The translations under genes and the position numbers were made by a program. Below the pieces are notes generated by a model, which made no database searches, was not told the origin of the DNA, and was given only the letters and a program-made list of their open reading frames with translations. Below, piece by piece: positions 1-10,285 of a DNA stretch of 64,000 bases (position 1 is its first letter; each line of letters begins with the position of its first letter). Source of the DNA: Variovorax sp. (GTDB lineage: Bacteria > Pseudomonadota > Gammaproteobacteria > Burkholderiales > Burkholderiaceae_C); NCBI GenBank assembly GCA_037720315.1, contig JBBJMS010000001.1, positions 10,110 to 74,109 of the forward strand, written 5' to 3'.

Positions 1-1047
1 CGGCCGAGAGCCTGGAGCAGGTGATGAAGCTCGAATCCGACCGCTTCGCCAACAACCTATGGCCGGACGACGAGTTCAAGCGCGAGATCGAAGTCGTCAA
101 GGAAGAGCGCCGGCTGCGCACCGAAGACCAGCCGCGCGCTCTGCTCGGCGAACAGCAGAACGCCGCAGTCTTCATGGCCTCGCCCTACGGCCGTCCGATC
201 GTCGGCTGGATGAGCGATCTCGACGCGATGACGCCGGAAGACGCCCGCGCCTTCTTCCAGCGCTGGTACGTTCCCGCCAACGCCGCGCTGGTCGTGGCAG
301 GCGATGTCGACGTGGCCCAGGTGCGTGCGATGGCCGAGAAGTACTACGGCCGCATACCGGCGCGCGCGGTGCCCGCACGCAAGCCTCGCACCGAGCCGGC
401 TCAGCGCGGCATCCGCCGCATCGAGTTCAAGGCGCCGGCCGAGCAGGCCTATGTGTCGCTCGCATACCGTGCGCCGCAGATTTCGTCGGCAAATCCTTTC
501 GCCGGTGAAGGCGATGCCTTCGCGCTGGTGGTGCTGTCCGCGGTGCTCGACGGCTACCCGGGGGCGCGCCTCGACCGTGCGCTCACGCAAGGGCCCGATC
601 GCGTTGCCGACTCGGCGGGCGCCTATGCCGGCTTCGTCGGCCGCGGGCCGCAGCTCTTCGTGCTGGACGGCGTGCCGGCTGCCGGCAAGACGCCGGAGCA
701 GGTCGAAGCGGCACTGCGCGCGCAGGTCGCACGCGTGGCGCGCGACGGCATCGGCGCGGCCGAACTCGCGCGGGTCAAGACGGTGGGTGGCCAGCGAAAC
801 CTACAAGCTCGACTCGGTGATGGCGCAGGCGCGTGAGCTCGGCAGCAACTGGATACAGGGCCTGCCCCTCGACGCCAGCGCGCGCATCATCGCGCGGCTT
901 TCGGCGGTCACCGCCGAGGAGGTTCAGGCGGTTGCCGCAAAGTACTTCGGCGACGACCAGTTGACCGCCGCCATCCTGCGTCCGCTGCCACCTGACACCA
1001 ATCGCCGCCCGCGCGGCTTTGCAGCGCCTGCCGGCGATCTGCGCTGA
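1..1047 (+). CDS. M16 (pitrilysin/insulinase) family peptidase, 5' end outside window; apparent -1 frameshift near 783
   Basis: ORF 21..836 has M16 motifs (EIEVVKEERRLR, FFQRWYVPANAALVVAGD); the C-terminus continues in the 304..1047 frame (WVASETYKLDS...VTAEEVQAVAAKYF). Confidence 0.85.
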
Positions 1048-1061
1048 AAGACCCGCACCTC

Positions 1062-2414
1062 ATGCCGACTCTCAAACCCTTTGCAGTACGTGCGTTCGTC
1101 GCTTGCGCCGCAACTTTCCTCGGTGCGACGGTCCAGGCCGCGATTCCGATCGAGCACTGGACGCTCGCGAACGGCGCAAGGATCTACCTTGCTTCCACCA
1201 ATGCACTTCCCATCGTCGACGTGCAGATCGATTTCGACGCCGGCAGCCGGCGCGATCCGCCGTCTCAGGCCGGGCTTGCGGGCGTGACCGCGAGCATGGT
1301 CGAGAAGGGCATTCGCGCCAACGACGGCGAGCCTGCGCTGGACCAGAACGCCATCGGCGAGGCCTGGGCCGATCTGGGGGCGAGCTTCGATGCGAGCGGC
1401 GGCTCCGACCGCACCAGCTTTTCGTTGCGCACCTTGTCCGATCCGGCGCTTCTAGGCAAGGCGGTGCAGCTTGCAGCGCGCGAGATCGGAGAGCCATCGT
1501 TCCCCGAAGACGTCTGGAAGCGCGAGCGCGAGCGCCTCAATGCCGCGATCAAGGAAGCCAACACCAAGCCGGCGACCATTGCCGGGCGCGCCTTTTCGCA
1601 GGCGGCTTACGGCGTGCATCCTTATGGCCAGGAGACGACCGAAGCAACGCTGGCGCAGATCGACGTTGCGGCGATGCGCCAGCGCTACGAGCGGCTGATC
1701 GTGCCCTGCCGCGCCAAGCTCAGCATCGTCGGCGCGGTCACGCGACGCCAGGCCGATGCGATCGCCACCACGCTGCTGTCACGGCTGCCGTCCGCATCCG
1801 GTGCCGATGGCTGCGCCCCGCTACCGCCGGTGCCCGACGTGGCGGCGCTCGCCGCGCCGCTGGACCAGCGGCTATCTTTCGATTCCGCGCAGGCGCATGT
1901 CGTCATCGGCCAACCGGGCTACCGGCGCAACGACCCGGACCACTTCGCGCTCACGCTCGGCAACTACATCCTGGGCGGCGGCGGCTTCGTTTCGCGCCTG
2001 ACCGAAGAAGTGCGCGAGAAGCGCGGCCTGGCCTACAGCGTCTACAGCAGCTTTTCGCCCGGCCTGCATGCGGGCGCCTTCCGCATCGGCTTCCAGACCC
2101 GGCCCGACCAGGCCGCCGACGCGGTGCGCGTATCCCGCGAGGTGCTTGCGAAGTTCGTCGCCGACGGACCGACTGCTGCCGAGCTGAAGGCCGCCAAGGA
2201 CAACCTCATCGGCGGTTTTCCGCTGCTGCTCGACAGCAACCGAAAGCTGCTGGGCAACGTGTCCAACATCGCCTGGAACGATCTGCCGCTCGACTACCTC
2301 GAAACCTGGACCGCCCGCATGAACGCGGTCACCGCGGCCGACATCAAGGCCGCGTTCGCGCGCAAGCTTCAGCCCGAGCGCATGGTCACGGTGGTGGTCG
2401 GTGGCAAGCCATAG
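1062..2414 (+). CDS. M16 family peptidase, probably non-catalytic partner subunit
   Basis: Signal peptide, FDAGSRRDP, LGGGGFVSRLTEEVREKRGLAYSVYS; lacks HxxEH. Confidence 0.85.
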   Translation: MPTLKPFAVRAFVACAATFLGATVQAAIPIEHWTLANGARIYLASTNALPIVDVQIDFDAGSRRDPPSQAGLAGVTASMVEKGIRANDGEPALDQNAIGEAWADLGASFDASGGSDRTSFSLRTLSDPALLGKAVQLAAREIGEPSFPEDVWKRERERLNAAIKEANTKPATIAGRAFSQAAYGVHPYGQETTEATLAQIDVAAMRQRYERLIVPCRAKLSIVGAVTRRQADAIATTLLSRLPSASGADGCAPLPPVPDVAALAAPLDQRLSFDSAQAHVVIGQPGYRRNDPDHFALTLGNYILGGGGFVSRLTEEVREKRGLAYSVYSSFSPGLHAGAFRIGFQTRPDQAADAVRVSREVLAKFVADGPTAAELKAAKDNLIGGFPLLLDSNRKLLGNVSNIAWNDLPLDYLETWTARMNAVTAADIKAAFARKLQPERMVTVVVGGKP

Positions 2415-2422
2415 GATGTAGA

Positions 2423-2466
2423 GGGGCAACGCCAGCGGCCCGGCTGAGCCGGTTGCGCGGTGTTCC
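2423..2466. repeat. GC-rich palindromic intergenic element (REP-like), possibly also a terminator
   Basis: GGGGCAACGCCAGCGGCCCGGCTGAGCCGGTTGCGCGGTGTTCC forms nested stems and is followed by a T run; resembles Comamonadaceae intergenic repeats (from memory). Confidence 0.45.
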
Positions 2467-2503
2467 TTTTTAATGAGCGGCGCCGTGCCGTTAAGCTCCA
2501 CGC

Positions 2504-3148
2504 GTGAAGCCAACGCCTCGAACCTCAAGCCCTCCCGTCGCGGCCAAGCTCGCCAAGGCACCGCACTTCGTCCGCATCATCGGCGGCCAATGGCGGCGCA
2601 CCCGCCTCGCCGTTGCCGATAAGCCCGGCCTGCGGCCGACACCCGACCGAGTGCGAGAGACGTTATTCAACTGGCTTGCGAGCCTGGCGGGCGCCGGCGG
2701 TGGCGAATTGCCCGGCTGGCACTGCATCGATGCGTTCGCCGGCACCGGCGCGCTGGGGCTCGAAGCCGCGTCCCGCGGTGCAAGCGCCGTGCTGCTGTGC
2801 GAGCAGGATGCAGCGCTGGTGGCACAACTGCTGACGCAGAAAACCAAACTTGCGGCCGACGCGGTTCGCATCGAGCGCGGCAATGGCGTCACCGCACTGG
2901 AGCGTGCGCCGGCCGAATCCGTCGACGTGGTCTTTCTCGATCCGCCGTTCGAGAGCCCGGCGTTGTACGAGCCGGCGCTGCGGGCTGCGGCACGGGCCGT
3001 TCGCGCCGATGGCGTGGTCTATCTCGAGGCTGCCCGCCGATGGACGGACGACGAACTGGCCCCGCTCGGCCTCGTGGCGTACCGGCACCTGAAGGCCGGC
3101 GCCGTGCACGCGCATCTGCTGCAGCGCACCGTGCCCGGCGCTGCATAA
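2504..3148 (+). CDS. rsmD: 16S rRNA m2G966 methyltransferase
   Basis: RIIGG, LRPTPDRVRETLFNWL, DAFAGTGALGLEAASRG, FLDPPF; upstream of coaD. Confidence 0.93.
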   Translation: MKPTPRTSSPPVAAKLAKAPHFVRIIGGQWRRTRLAVADKPGLRPTPDRVRETLFNWLASLAGAGGGELPGWHCIDAFAGTGALGLEAASRGASAVLLCEQDAALVAQLLTQKTKLAADAVRIERGNGVTALERAPAESVDVVFLDPPFESPALYEPALRAAARAVRADGVVYLEAARRWTDDELAPLGLVAYRHLKAGAVHAHLLQRTVPGAA

Positions 3149-3190
3149 TCCGCCGCACCAGGCCGCATCGGCTGCACGAGGAGAGGCACC

Positions 3191-3697
3191 ATGTCCAGCA
3201 ACGTGATCGCGGTATATCCCGGCACCTTCGACCCGATCACGCTCGGCCATGAAGACGTGGTCCGGCGGGCGACCCAGCTGTTCTCGAAAGTCATCGTCGC
3301 GGTGGCGGCAGGTCATCACAAGAAGGCCTTGTTTTCGCTGCATGAGCGCATCGAAATGGCGCGCGAAGCTGTCGAGCCGTACAGTGACCAGGTCACGGTC
3401 GAAAGTTTTTCGGGGCTCTTGCGCGACTTCGTCGTGGCGCGCGGCGGCAAGGCCATGGTGCGCGGCCTGCGCGCGGTGACCGACTTCGACTACGAGTTCC
3501 AGCTAGCCGGCATGAACCGCTCGCTCATGCCCGAAGTCGAAACCGTGTTCCTGACGCCCAGCGACAAATATCAGTTCATCTCCAGCACCTTCGTGCGCGA
3601 GATCGCCATGCTCGGCGGCGAGGTCGACAAGTTCGTCTCTCCGAACGTGCAGGACAACCTGATGGCAAAAGTTCGCAGCCTCGGCAGGGAGCCATGA
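3191..3697 (+). CDS. coaD: Phosphopantetheine adenylyltransferase
   Basis: YPGTFDPITLGH, RGLRAVTDFDYE, ISSTFVRE. Confidence 0.97.
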   Translation: MSSNVIAVYPGTFDPITLGHEDVVRRATQLFSKVIVAVAAGHHKKALFSLHERIEMAREAVEPYSDQVTVESFSGLLRDFVVARGGKAMVRGLRAVTDFDYEFQLAGMNRSLMPEVETVFLTPSDKYQFISSTFVREIAMLGGEVDKFVSPNVQDNLMAKVRSLGREP

Positions 3698-3869
3698 GGC
3701 CCCCTTGGCTTGCCACTTCGTGTGCTTCGCCTGCCCCCGGGGGCAGGCGCGGCGCGCCTTGGGGCGGCCCGGCGGCGGATGATGAGGCCCCCTTGGCTTG
3801 CCACTTCGTGTGCTTCGCCGGCCCCCCCGGGGGGGAGGCGCGGCGCGCCTTGGGGCGGCCCGGCGGCGG
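3694..3869. repeat. Two tandem copies (3694-3778, 3782-3869) of an ~86-bp REP-like palindromic element
   Basis: ATGAGGCCCCCTTGGCTTGCCACTTCGTGTGCTTCGCC...GGCGCGGCGCGCCTTGGGGCGGCCCGGCGGCGG repeated with an 88-bp period; central C-run/G-run hairpin. Confidence 0.9.
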
Positions 3870-3887
3870 CCGCCGGCCTCGGGTCGG

Positions 3888-4550
3888 ATGAGTTCGCCGA
3901 TACCTTTGCGGCTCTACCCGCTCGGCGACGCGGGCTTGCTGTGCGAACTGCCTGCGCCGGCCACGCTGGCGCAGCAGCAGAGGATCTGGGCCCTGGCGGA
4001 CGAAGCCCTGCAGTGGCGCGGCGTGCACGAGGCCTTGCCGGGCATGAACAACCTGAGCCTGTTGTTCGACCCCGGGCAGATCGATGCGGTCGAACTTGAA
4101 ATGCAGGTGCTCTCCGCCTGGCCACAGCTTGCCGCCGCCGCGATTGCCGGGCGCCGCATCGACATCCCGGTCGCCTACGGCGGCGAGGCCGGGCCCGATC
4201 TGCATGACGTGGCCGCGCATACCGGCCTAGCAGCTTCCGAGGTGGTTCGCCGCCACAGCAGCGTGGAGTACGTGGTGTACCTGCTCGGCTTCCTGCCGGG
4301 CTTCGCGTTTCTCGGAGGGCTGCCGCCCGAACTGGCGACGCCGCGGCGTGCCGAACCGAGGGTGGCCGTGCCTGCGCGCTCCGTCGGCATCGGCGGTGAG
4401 CAGACTGGCGTCTATCCGCTCGTCTCGCCGGGCGGCTGGCACCTCATCGGGCGCACCTCGCTCGAACTGTTCGATCCGCGTGCGGCCGAGCCGACATTGC
4501 TGCGGCCGGGCGACCGGGTGCGCTTCGTCGTGGAAAGCGTGGAGCTGTGA
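3888..4550 (+). CDS. pxpB: 5-oxoprolinase subunit B
   Basis: PLGD, IPVAYGG, LGFLPGFAFL, SVGIGGEQTGVYPLVSPGGWHLIGRT. Confidence 0.92.
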   Translation: MSSPIPLRLYPLGDAGLLCELPAPATLAQQQRIWALADEALQWRGVHEALPGMNNLSLLFDPGQIDAVELEMQVLSAWPQLAAAAIAGRRIDIPVAYGGEAGPDLHDVAAHTGLAASEVVRRHSSVEYVVYLLGFLPGFAFLGGLPPELATPRRAEPRVAVPARSVGIGGEQTGVYPLVSPGGWHLIGRTSLELFDPRAAEPTLLRPGDRVRFVVESVEL

Positions 4551-5575
4551 GCCTGCTCATCCTGCGTCCAGGCATGCTCGCTTCGGTGCAAGACCTCGGG
4601 CGCTACGGCCACCGCCAGCAGGGCATCTGTCCCGGTGGCGCTCTCGATGCGCTGGGGCTCACGCTGGCCAACCGGCTCGCCGGCAACGTTGACGGTGCGG
4701 CCGGGCTCGAAATCACGATGGGCGGCTGCGAAATTCGCTTCGAGACCGCGACCCGCATTGCATTCGCCGGCGACGACTTCGGCGCCCGGCTCGACGGCAA
4801 GCCGCTCTGGCCCTGCTGGAGCGTGCCGGTCGCGGCGGGCCAGGTGCTCAAGCTGGGAAGCGCCAACGAGTGGAGCGCCAAGGAGGGCCTGCGCAGCTGG
4901 CTCGCCTTCAGCGGCGGCATCGATGTGCCGGTGGTGATCGGCTCGCGCAGTACCGACTTGAAGGCCGGGTTCGGCGGCCACGAGGGGCGCGCCCTCAAGA
5001 AAGGCGACGTGCTGCCGCTGGGTAAGCCTGCGCTGGACCCATCGCAAATGGCACGCCGCGGCTTCGGCCTTCGCGCATCTGGTTGGCCGCACGACGAAAG
5101 CGGCGCGCTGGTACTGCGCGTCATGGCCGGCCCCGAGTACGACCGGTTCACGCCGGCATCGCAAGTTCTGTTGTGGAAAGCAGCCTGGCGCATCACGCCG
5201 CAAAGCAACCGCATGGGCAGCCGCCTCGAAGGCCCGAAACTCGAACGCCGGCAAAGCACGGACATGCTGTCGTCGGCGGTCATTCCCGGCACCATCCAGG
5301 TGCCGCCATCGGGTCAGCCGATCATCCTGATGGGCGACGCGCAGACTACCGGCGGCTATCCGCGCATCGGCGTCGTGATCCGGGCCGATTTGTGGAAGCT
5401 AGCGCGTGCGCCGCTCAACGGCCGCCTGCGGCTGGCGCGGGTCGATACCGCGGCGGCGCTGGCCGCCTGGGCGCAGCAGCAGCGCGAGCTGGCGCAAGCC
5501 GCACAGGCATTGGCGGCCGCAGGCTGGACCACTACGGCGCAAAATCCCAGCGAAGGAGAAAGCCATGCAGATTGA
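4547..5575 (+). CDS. pxpC: 5-oxoprolinase subunit C
   Basis: [41 protein letters not shown]. Confidence 0.92.
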   Translation: MSLLILRPGMLASVQDLGRYGHRQQGICPGGALDALGLTLANRLAGNVDGAAGLEITMGGCEIRFETATRIAFAGDDFGARLDGKPLWPCWSVPVAAGQVLKLGSANEWSAKEGLRSWLAFSGGIDVPVVIGSRSTDLKAGFGGHEGRALKKGDVLPLGKPALDPSQMARRGFGLRASGWPHDESGALVLRVMAGPEYDRFTPASQVLLWKAAWRITPQSNRMGSRLEGPKLERRQSTDMLSSAVIPGTIQVPPSGQPIILMGDAQTTGGYPRIGVVIRADLWKLARAPLNGRLRLARVDTAAALAAWAQQQRELAQAAQALAAAGWTTTAQNPSEGESHAD

Positions 5576-6305
5576 CCTCAACGCGGACCTCGGCGAAGGC
5601 TGCGACAACGACGAAGCGCTGCTGGGACTGGTGAGCTCGGCCAACATCGCCTGCGGCTGGCACGCGGGCGATGCCAAGACGATGCGGCAGTGCGTGCGCT
5701 GGGCCATCGACAAGGGCGTCGCGATCGGCGCGCATCCCAGCTTTCCGGACCGCGAGAATTTCGGCCGCAGCGAGATGAACCTGCCACCCGAAGACATCGT
5801 TGCCGGCGTGCTCTATCAGGTCGGCGCGCTGGCGGCAATCGTCAAGGCCGAGGGCGGCACGCTGGCGCACGTCAAGCCGCACGGCGCGCTCTACAACCAG
5901 GCCGTCAAGGACCCGGTGCTGGCCGAAGCCATCTGCGAAGCCGCGCGGCGCTTCGACCCGACACTCCGGTTCTTCGGGTTGGCAGGCAGCGGCATGATCG
6001 CGGCCGCACAGCGTGCCGGCCTGAAGCCGGTGGAAGAAGTGTTCGCCGATCGCGGCTACCAGCCCGACGGTGGCCTGGTGCCGCGCAGCCAGCCGGGCGC
6101 GCTGATCGAGGACGAGGAGCAGTCGCTCGCGCAAACGCTTTCATTGGTGCGCGACCACCGGGTGACCGCCATCGACGGCAGCGTCGTCGCGGTCAATGCG
6201 CAGACGGTCTGCCTGCACGGCGACGGCGCACACGCGCTGGCCTTCGCCCGCCGCATCCGCGAGCGGCTTGCTGCGGACGGCATCGCGGTGGTCGCGACCG
6301 CCTGA
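5565..6305 (+). CDS. pxpA: 5-oxoprolinase subunit A (LamB/YcsF family)
   Basis: [45 protein letters not shown]; SD AAGGAG. Confidence 0.95.
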   Translation: MQIDLNADLGEGCDNDEALLGLVSSANIACGWHAGDAKTMRQCVRWAIDKGVAIGAHPSFPDRENFGRSEMNLPPEDIVAGVLYQVGALAAIVKAEGGTLAHVKPHGALYNQAVKDPVLAEAICEAARRFDPTLRFFGLAGSGMIAAAQRAGLKPVEEVFADRGYQPDGGLVPRSQPGALIEDEEQSLAQTLSLVRDHRVTAIDGSVVAVNAQTVCLHGDGAHALAFARRIRERLAADGIAVVATA

Positions 6306-6313
6306 GGATCGCC

Positions 6314-6967
6314 GTGGCGAACGTCCTGCTGACCGGCTTCGAGCCTTTCGACAACGAGTCGCTCAATCCGTCGTGGGAGGCCGTGCGCGCCCTCGACGGC
6401 TGGCGGCGCGATGGCGCGGTAGTGCATGCGCGGCGCATCTCCTGCGTGTTCGGGGCGGCGCTGCGCGAACTCGATGCCGCCATCGACGAAGTACAGCCGC
6501 AGTTGGTGCTGTGCATCGGTCAGGCGGGCGGGCGCAGCGAGATCACGCCCGAGCGTGTCGCCATCAACATCGACGACGGGCGCATCTGCGACAACGCCGG
6601 CTGCCAGCCGATCGATGCACCGGTGGTGCCGGGCGCGCCGGCCGCATATTTTTCGAGCCTGCCGATCAAGGCGATGGTGCGCGACATGCGCGCCGCCGGC
6701 ATCGACGCCGCGGTGTCGAATACCGCGGGCACTTTCGTCTGCAATCACTTGTTCTTCGGGCTGATGCACCGCCTGGCCACCCGACGCGTGGCGGGCCTGC
6801 GCGGCGGCTTCATCCACATTCCATACCTGCCGGAACAAGCGGCGCGATTTCCTGGTGGTTTGCCGAGCATGCCGCTGGAGACTGTGGTCGCGGCGCTGCG
6901 CATTGCCATTTCCACTGCGCTCGCGGTCACCGAAGATGTGCGCGAAACCGGCGGCCAGCTGCACTGA
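6314..6967 (+). CDS. pcp: Pyroglutamyl-peptidase I
   Basis: [36 protein letters not shown]. Confidence 0.95.
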   Translation: MANVLLTGFEPFDNESLNPSWEAVRALDGWRRDGAVVHARRISCVFGAALRELDAAIDEVQPQLVLCIGQAGGRSEITPERVAINIDDGRICDNAGCQPIDAPVVPGAPAAYFSSLPIKAMVRDMRAAGIDAAVSNTAGTFVCNHLFFGLMHRLATRRVAGLRGGFIHIPYLPEQAARFPGGLPSMPLETVVAALRIAISTALAVTEDVRETGGQLH

Positions 6968-6973
6968 TCCGGA

Positions 6974-7684
6974 TCAAGCCTGAGGCGATAGGCGGTTCAG
7001 CCAGGAACTCAATGCGGCATTGACGGCATCGGGTTTTTCCATGGTCAGCATGTGGCCGCACGCTTCGACCCACACCAGTTCCGCCTGCGGCACGGCAGCG
7101 GCAATCTCGCGCGAGCACTCCGGTGGCGTCAGGCGGTCGCCATCGCCGCAAATCACGAGCACCGGGCAGCCCAGTGTGCCCAGATGGAGGCGTGCATCGG
7201 GGCGCTGCATCAGGGCGCGGTTCTGCGCAACCAACTGCGCCGCGCCGGCATCCAACACAAGCTCGATATAGCGGCGCACCAGGGCGGCATCGGCGGCCTG
7301 CTTGGGATGGAACGCAAAGCCGGCATTGAATTCGATGACGTCGCGTGCTTCGCCCCGTTCGAACAATTCGATGGCCGACTCGCGCAGCCTGACCATGTCC
7401 GGCGTCTCGGGCCGCGCGTTGGTGCCGAGCAGCGCCAGCCCCGCAATGCGGTGCGGCGCCTGCCGCGCCGCTTCCATCGCGACCATGCCGCCCATCGACG
7501 CGCCACAGAGAATCAGCGAACCGTCATGCTCGCTCAGCACGGCTGCCGCCATGGTTTCGATGCGAGCGTGGCGCATGTGAACGTCGCTCACGTGCACATC
7601 GAGGCTGCGGGGCAGGGCAGGCAGTTGGGCTTGCCAAAGGCGTTCGTCGCAAGCGAGGCCTGGCAACAGGACAAGACGGGGCAT
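6974..7684 (-). CDS. Alpha/beta fold hydrolase
   Basis: LLPGLACD, GASMGG nucleophile elbow, GHMLTME. Confidence 0.85.
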   Translation of the reverse strand: MPRLVLLPGLACDERLWQAQLPALPRSLDVHVSDVHMRHARIETMAAAVLSEHDGSLILCGASMGGMVAMEAARQAPHRIAGLALLGTNARPETPDMVRLRESAIELFERGEARDVIEFNAGFAFHPKQAADAALVRRYIELVLDAGAAQLVAQNRALMQRPDARLHLGTLGCPVLVICGDGDRLTPPECSREIAAAVPQAELVWVEACGHMLTMEKPDAVNAALSSWLNRLSPQA

Positions 7685-7746
7685 TGGGTCATTCTGCGCG
7701 ATGACGCACGCGCGACATGCGCTGCGCGGACAATCGACGGCAACGC

Positions 7747-8412
7747 ATGTCCACCGAACTCATCCTCATCCGTCACGGCGAAACCGACTGGAACCGCGAA
7801 CTGCGCTTTCAGGGCCACATCGACGTCCCCCTCAACGACATGGGCCACGAGCAGGCGCGCCGGCTCGGACTGCGGCTCGCTGGCGAGCAGGTGTCGCATC
7901 TGATCAGCAGCGACCTGATGCGCGCGCAGCAGACGGCAGCACCGGCCGCGCGGCAGCTCATGCTGGAAGTCGTCACTTCGGCTGCGCTGAGGGAGCAGAA
8001 CTTCGGGCTGGTCGAAGGCATGCGCGCCGACGAAATCCAGAGCCTGCATCCGCGCGCTTGGGAAGACTGGCTCCAGTTCCGCGAGGACCATGCCATGCCC
8101 GATGGCGAATCGCCGCGCGAGTTCCACGCCCGGATCATCGAGGCGCTCGGCGGCATCGCGCTCAAGCACACGGATCAGGCGGTGCTGGTGGTCACGCACG
8201 GCGGCGTGCTCGACATGGTTTGGCGCACGGCGCGCGGGCTGGGGCTGAACGGGCCGCGCCAGAGCGACATTCCGAATGCCGGCTTCAACCGCATCTGCAT
8301 CGCCGACGCTGCGATGCCCGAGCAGATTGAGATCGTCGATTGGGCCGACATCCGCCATCTTGCGGACCTGCCGGCGCAGCCCACCTACGACCAGCGCCGG
8401 CACCTGAAGTAG
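7747..8412 (+). CDS. Histidine phosphatase family protein
   Basis: LIRHGETDWN, SSDLMRAQQT, VVTHGG. Confidence 0.9.
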   Translation: MSTELILIRHGETDWNRELRFQGHIDVPLNDMGHEQARRLGLRLAGEQVSHLISSDLMRAQQTAAPAARQLMLEVVTSAALREQNFGLVEGMRADEIQSLHPRAWEDWLQFREDHAMPDGESPREFHARIIEALGGIALKHTDQAVLVVTHGGVLDMVWRTARGLGLNGPRQSDIPNAGFNRICIADAAMPEQIEIVDWADIRHLADLPAQPTYDQRRHLK

Positions 8413-8418
8413 CGGCCG

Positions 8419-9747
8419 CTACGGCGGTGCTGGCAGCCCGAGGCGGGCGTACACGGCACCGGCCTGCCGGCGCAGGCGCAGCGATTCCGGCTGACCGTTT
8501 TGCTGCTGCTGCAGGATGCCCTGCGCGGCCGCGAGTGTCGGTTCGCTGCCGCTGCGAACCAGCGCGTCGATGTAGACCTGCTCGAACAGATCGCGTTGCG
8601 CATGGCTGCCGCCAACTTCGGCCAGCCGTGGCAACGCGAGGCCGAGCCCTTCGAGCGCGGCGCCGAAGTCGCCGCCTGCATGCGCGTACAGACCTTGCGC
8701 CGCCGGCACGCACACAAGCTGCCAGGCCGCGCGCGTGGAGGGCGGCGCCTGCGGCGCAAAGGATTCGATGTTGCGCAGCAGCGTCCGGGCCTGTGGGCTT
8801 TGGGCGCGTGCAAGCCCATAGAGGTACTGCAGATCCAGAAAGGGCAGGACATGGTCGTCCAGCCGTTGTTCTAGAAATGCGCTCAAGTCCCGCCACCGGC
8901 TGCCCACGTCGATGCCCGCAAGCTCGAAGCGCGCAAGCAGCGACACGGCGCCGATCTGGTCCTGAGAATAGTCCTTGGCGACGCCCCACACATGCTCGTC
9001 GTAGACCGCGAGCGCTTCCGACTCGCGCCCCAGGTCGATCAGGAACAGCGCGACATGCCACCAGTTGTGCGTGGCCATGAACGAGTTGAGGCCGACCCAG
9101 CTGTCGCTCACGTCCTGCAGGAAGGCGAGGCCTTCGGTGAGCCGGCCTTCGGTGAGCATCACATGGCCGAGGGCGTGGTGCGCCCAGGGCTCCTTGCGCC
9201 GCATCCGGATCGCCCTGCGCGCGCTGGACTCGGCCTCGCGCATCAGGTGGCACTGCTCGTAGCCGAACGCCACCATTCCGTGCAGATAGGGCACGTCGGC
9301 AGCCGCCGGCAGCGCAGCCAGCGCCAGCCGAAGCATGCCGGGAAAGTCGCCGGTGTTGAAGCAGTGGTACTGCCCGAGCTTGAGCGATGCGAGGTCGCGC
9401 GGATGTTCGCGTGCCTGCTCCTGGTGCAGGGCAATGGCGCGTACGGAGTCGCCATGCGCCCAGGCCGCGATCGCCGCGATGAACCGTTGCTCGCGCGGGG
9501 TGGCGCGCGCAGCGTGGGCTTGCGCACGTTCGAGGAACGGCCGCGCGTTGGGTGCCGCATCGCGCGACTCGGCAAACAGGTGCAGCGTCGCGCAGTAGGC
9601 CTGCACGATCGGACTTTCGTCCTCGGCGGCATCGAGCACGTCGGCGGCGCCCGCTTCGCACGAGATGAAGCCTTCGGCGAACGCATCGACCGCTCGCAGA
9701 CTGGCTGGATCGTTCAGGCTGACGGGGTTGCCGAGACTGTCTTGCAT
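8419..9747 (-). CDS. TPR protein (TTC38-like)
   Basis: PWAHHALGHV, THNWWHVALF, GGSHAQRDLF motifs. Confidence 0.75.
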   Translation of the reverse strand: MQDSLGNPVSLNDPASLRAVDAFAEGFISCEAGAADVLDAAEDESPIVQAYCATLHLFAESRDAAPNARPFLERAQAHAARATPREQRFIAAIAAWAHGDSVRAIALHQEQAREHPRDLASLKLGQYHCFNTGDFPGMLRLALAALPAAADVPYLHGMVAFGYEQCHLMREAESSARRAIRMRRKEPWAHHALGHVMLTEGRLTEGLAFLQDVSDSWVGLNSFMATHNWWHVALFLIDLGRESEALAVYDEHVWGVAKDYSQDQIGAVSLLARFELAGIDVGSRWRDLSAFLEQRLDDHVLPFLDLQYLYGLARAQSPQARTLLRNIESFAPQAPPSTRAAWQLVCVPAAQGLYAHAGGDFGAALEGLGLALPRLAEVGGSHAQRDLFEQVYIDALVRSGSEPTLAAAQGILQQQQNGQPESLRLRRQAGAVYARLGLPAPP

Positions 9748-9787
9748 GCCTGCATTCTGCTGCCGCGGCAGCGGCAGCGGCGCCGGC

Positions 9788-10186
9788 TTACACGCCCGCT
9801 TGCTGATGCCGGTATTCCTGCGTCAAGCCGCCGTAGCCGTAGGCCGCGGCGCGCGCATCGATCAGGTGGACGTAGGACACCTCGTGCAGGTCTTTCCGCA
9901 GCGCCGCCATCGCGGCGTGGATTTCGCGCAGGTAGCGCGCCTTCTCCGCCTTGGTATTCGTTTCGTCGGTGATGCTGATGTCGAGGTGAAAAGCCGACCG
10001 GCCCAGATCGGCCAGCGAGCGCCCGCCGATGAACCAGGCATCCGCCGCGACGTATTGCACCGCGATGGCGATGACCGGCAGCTTCTTGCCGAGCACGCTC
10101 TGCGTGAGCTCGGCCACCCTGTCGACGGTTCGGCGAGTGAGTTGCGCATCGGGTTCGCCCGAGAGCGTGATTGCGATGTGGGGCAT
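9788..10186 (-). CDS. Tautomerase family protein (4-OT/CHMI-like)
   Basis: N-terminal Pro (MPHIAI), WFIGG, YGYGGLTQ; divergent from a LysR gene. Confidence 0.8.
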   Translation of the reverse strand: MPHIAITLSGEPDAQLTRRTVDRVAELTQSVLGKKLPVIAIAVQYVAADAWFIGGRSLADLGRSAFHLDISITDETNTKAEKARYLREIHAAMAALRKDLHEVSYVHLIDARAAAYGYGGLTQEYRHQQAGV

Positions 10187-10285
10187 GACAGTTCCTTCTA
10201 GTGATCGATGGAATGCCATTGTGAGAATTATCCATACACCCGAAAAGCGGGAAGATATGATGGCTGTAACCTGTTTCACGAATGG

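Noticed and set aside
3694-3869. CRISPR array
   Set aside because: Only two ~86-bp copies, no spacers, no cas genes.
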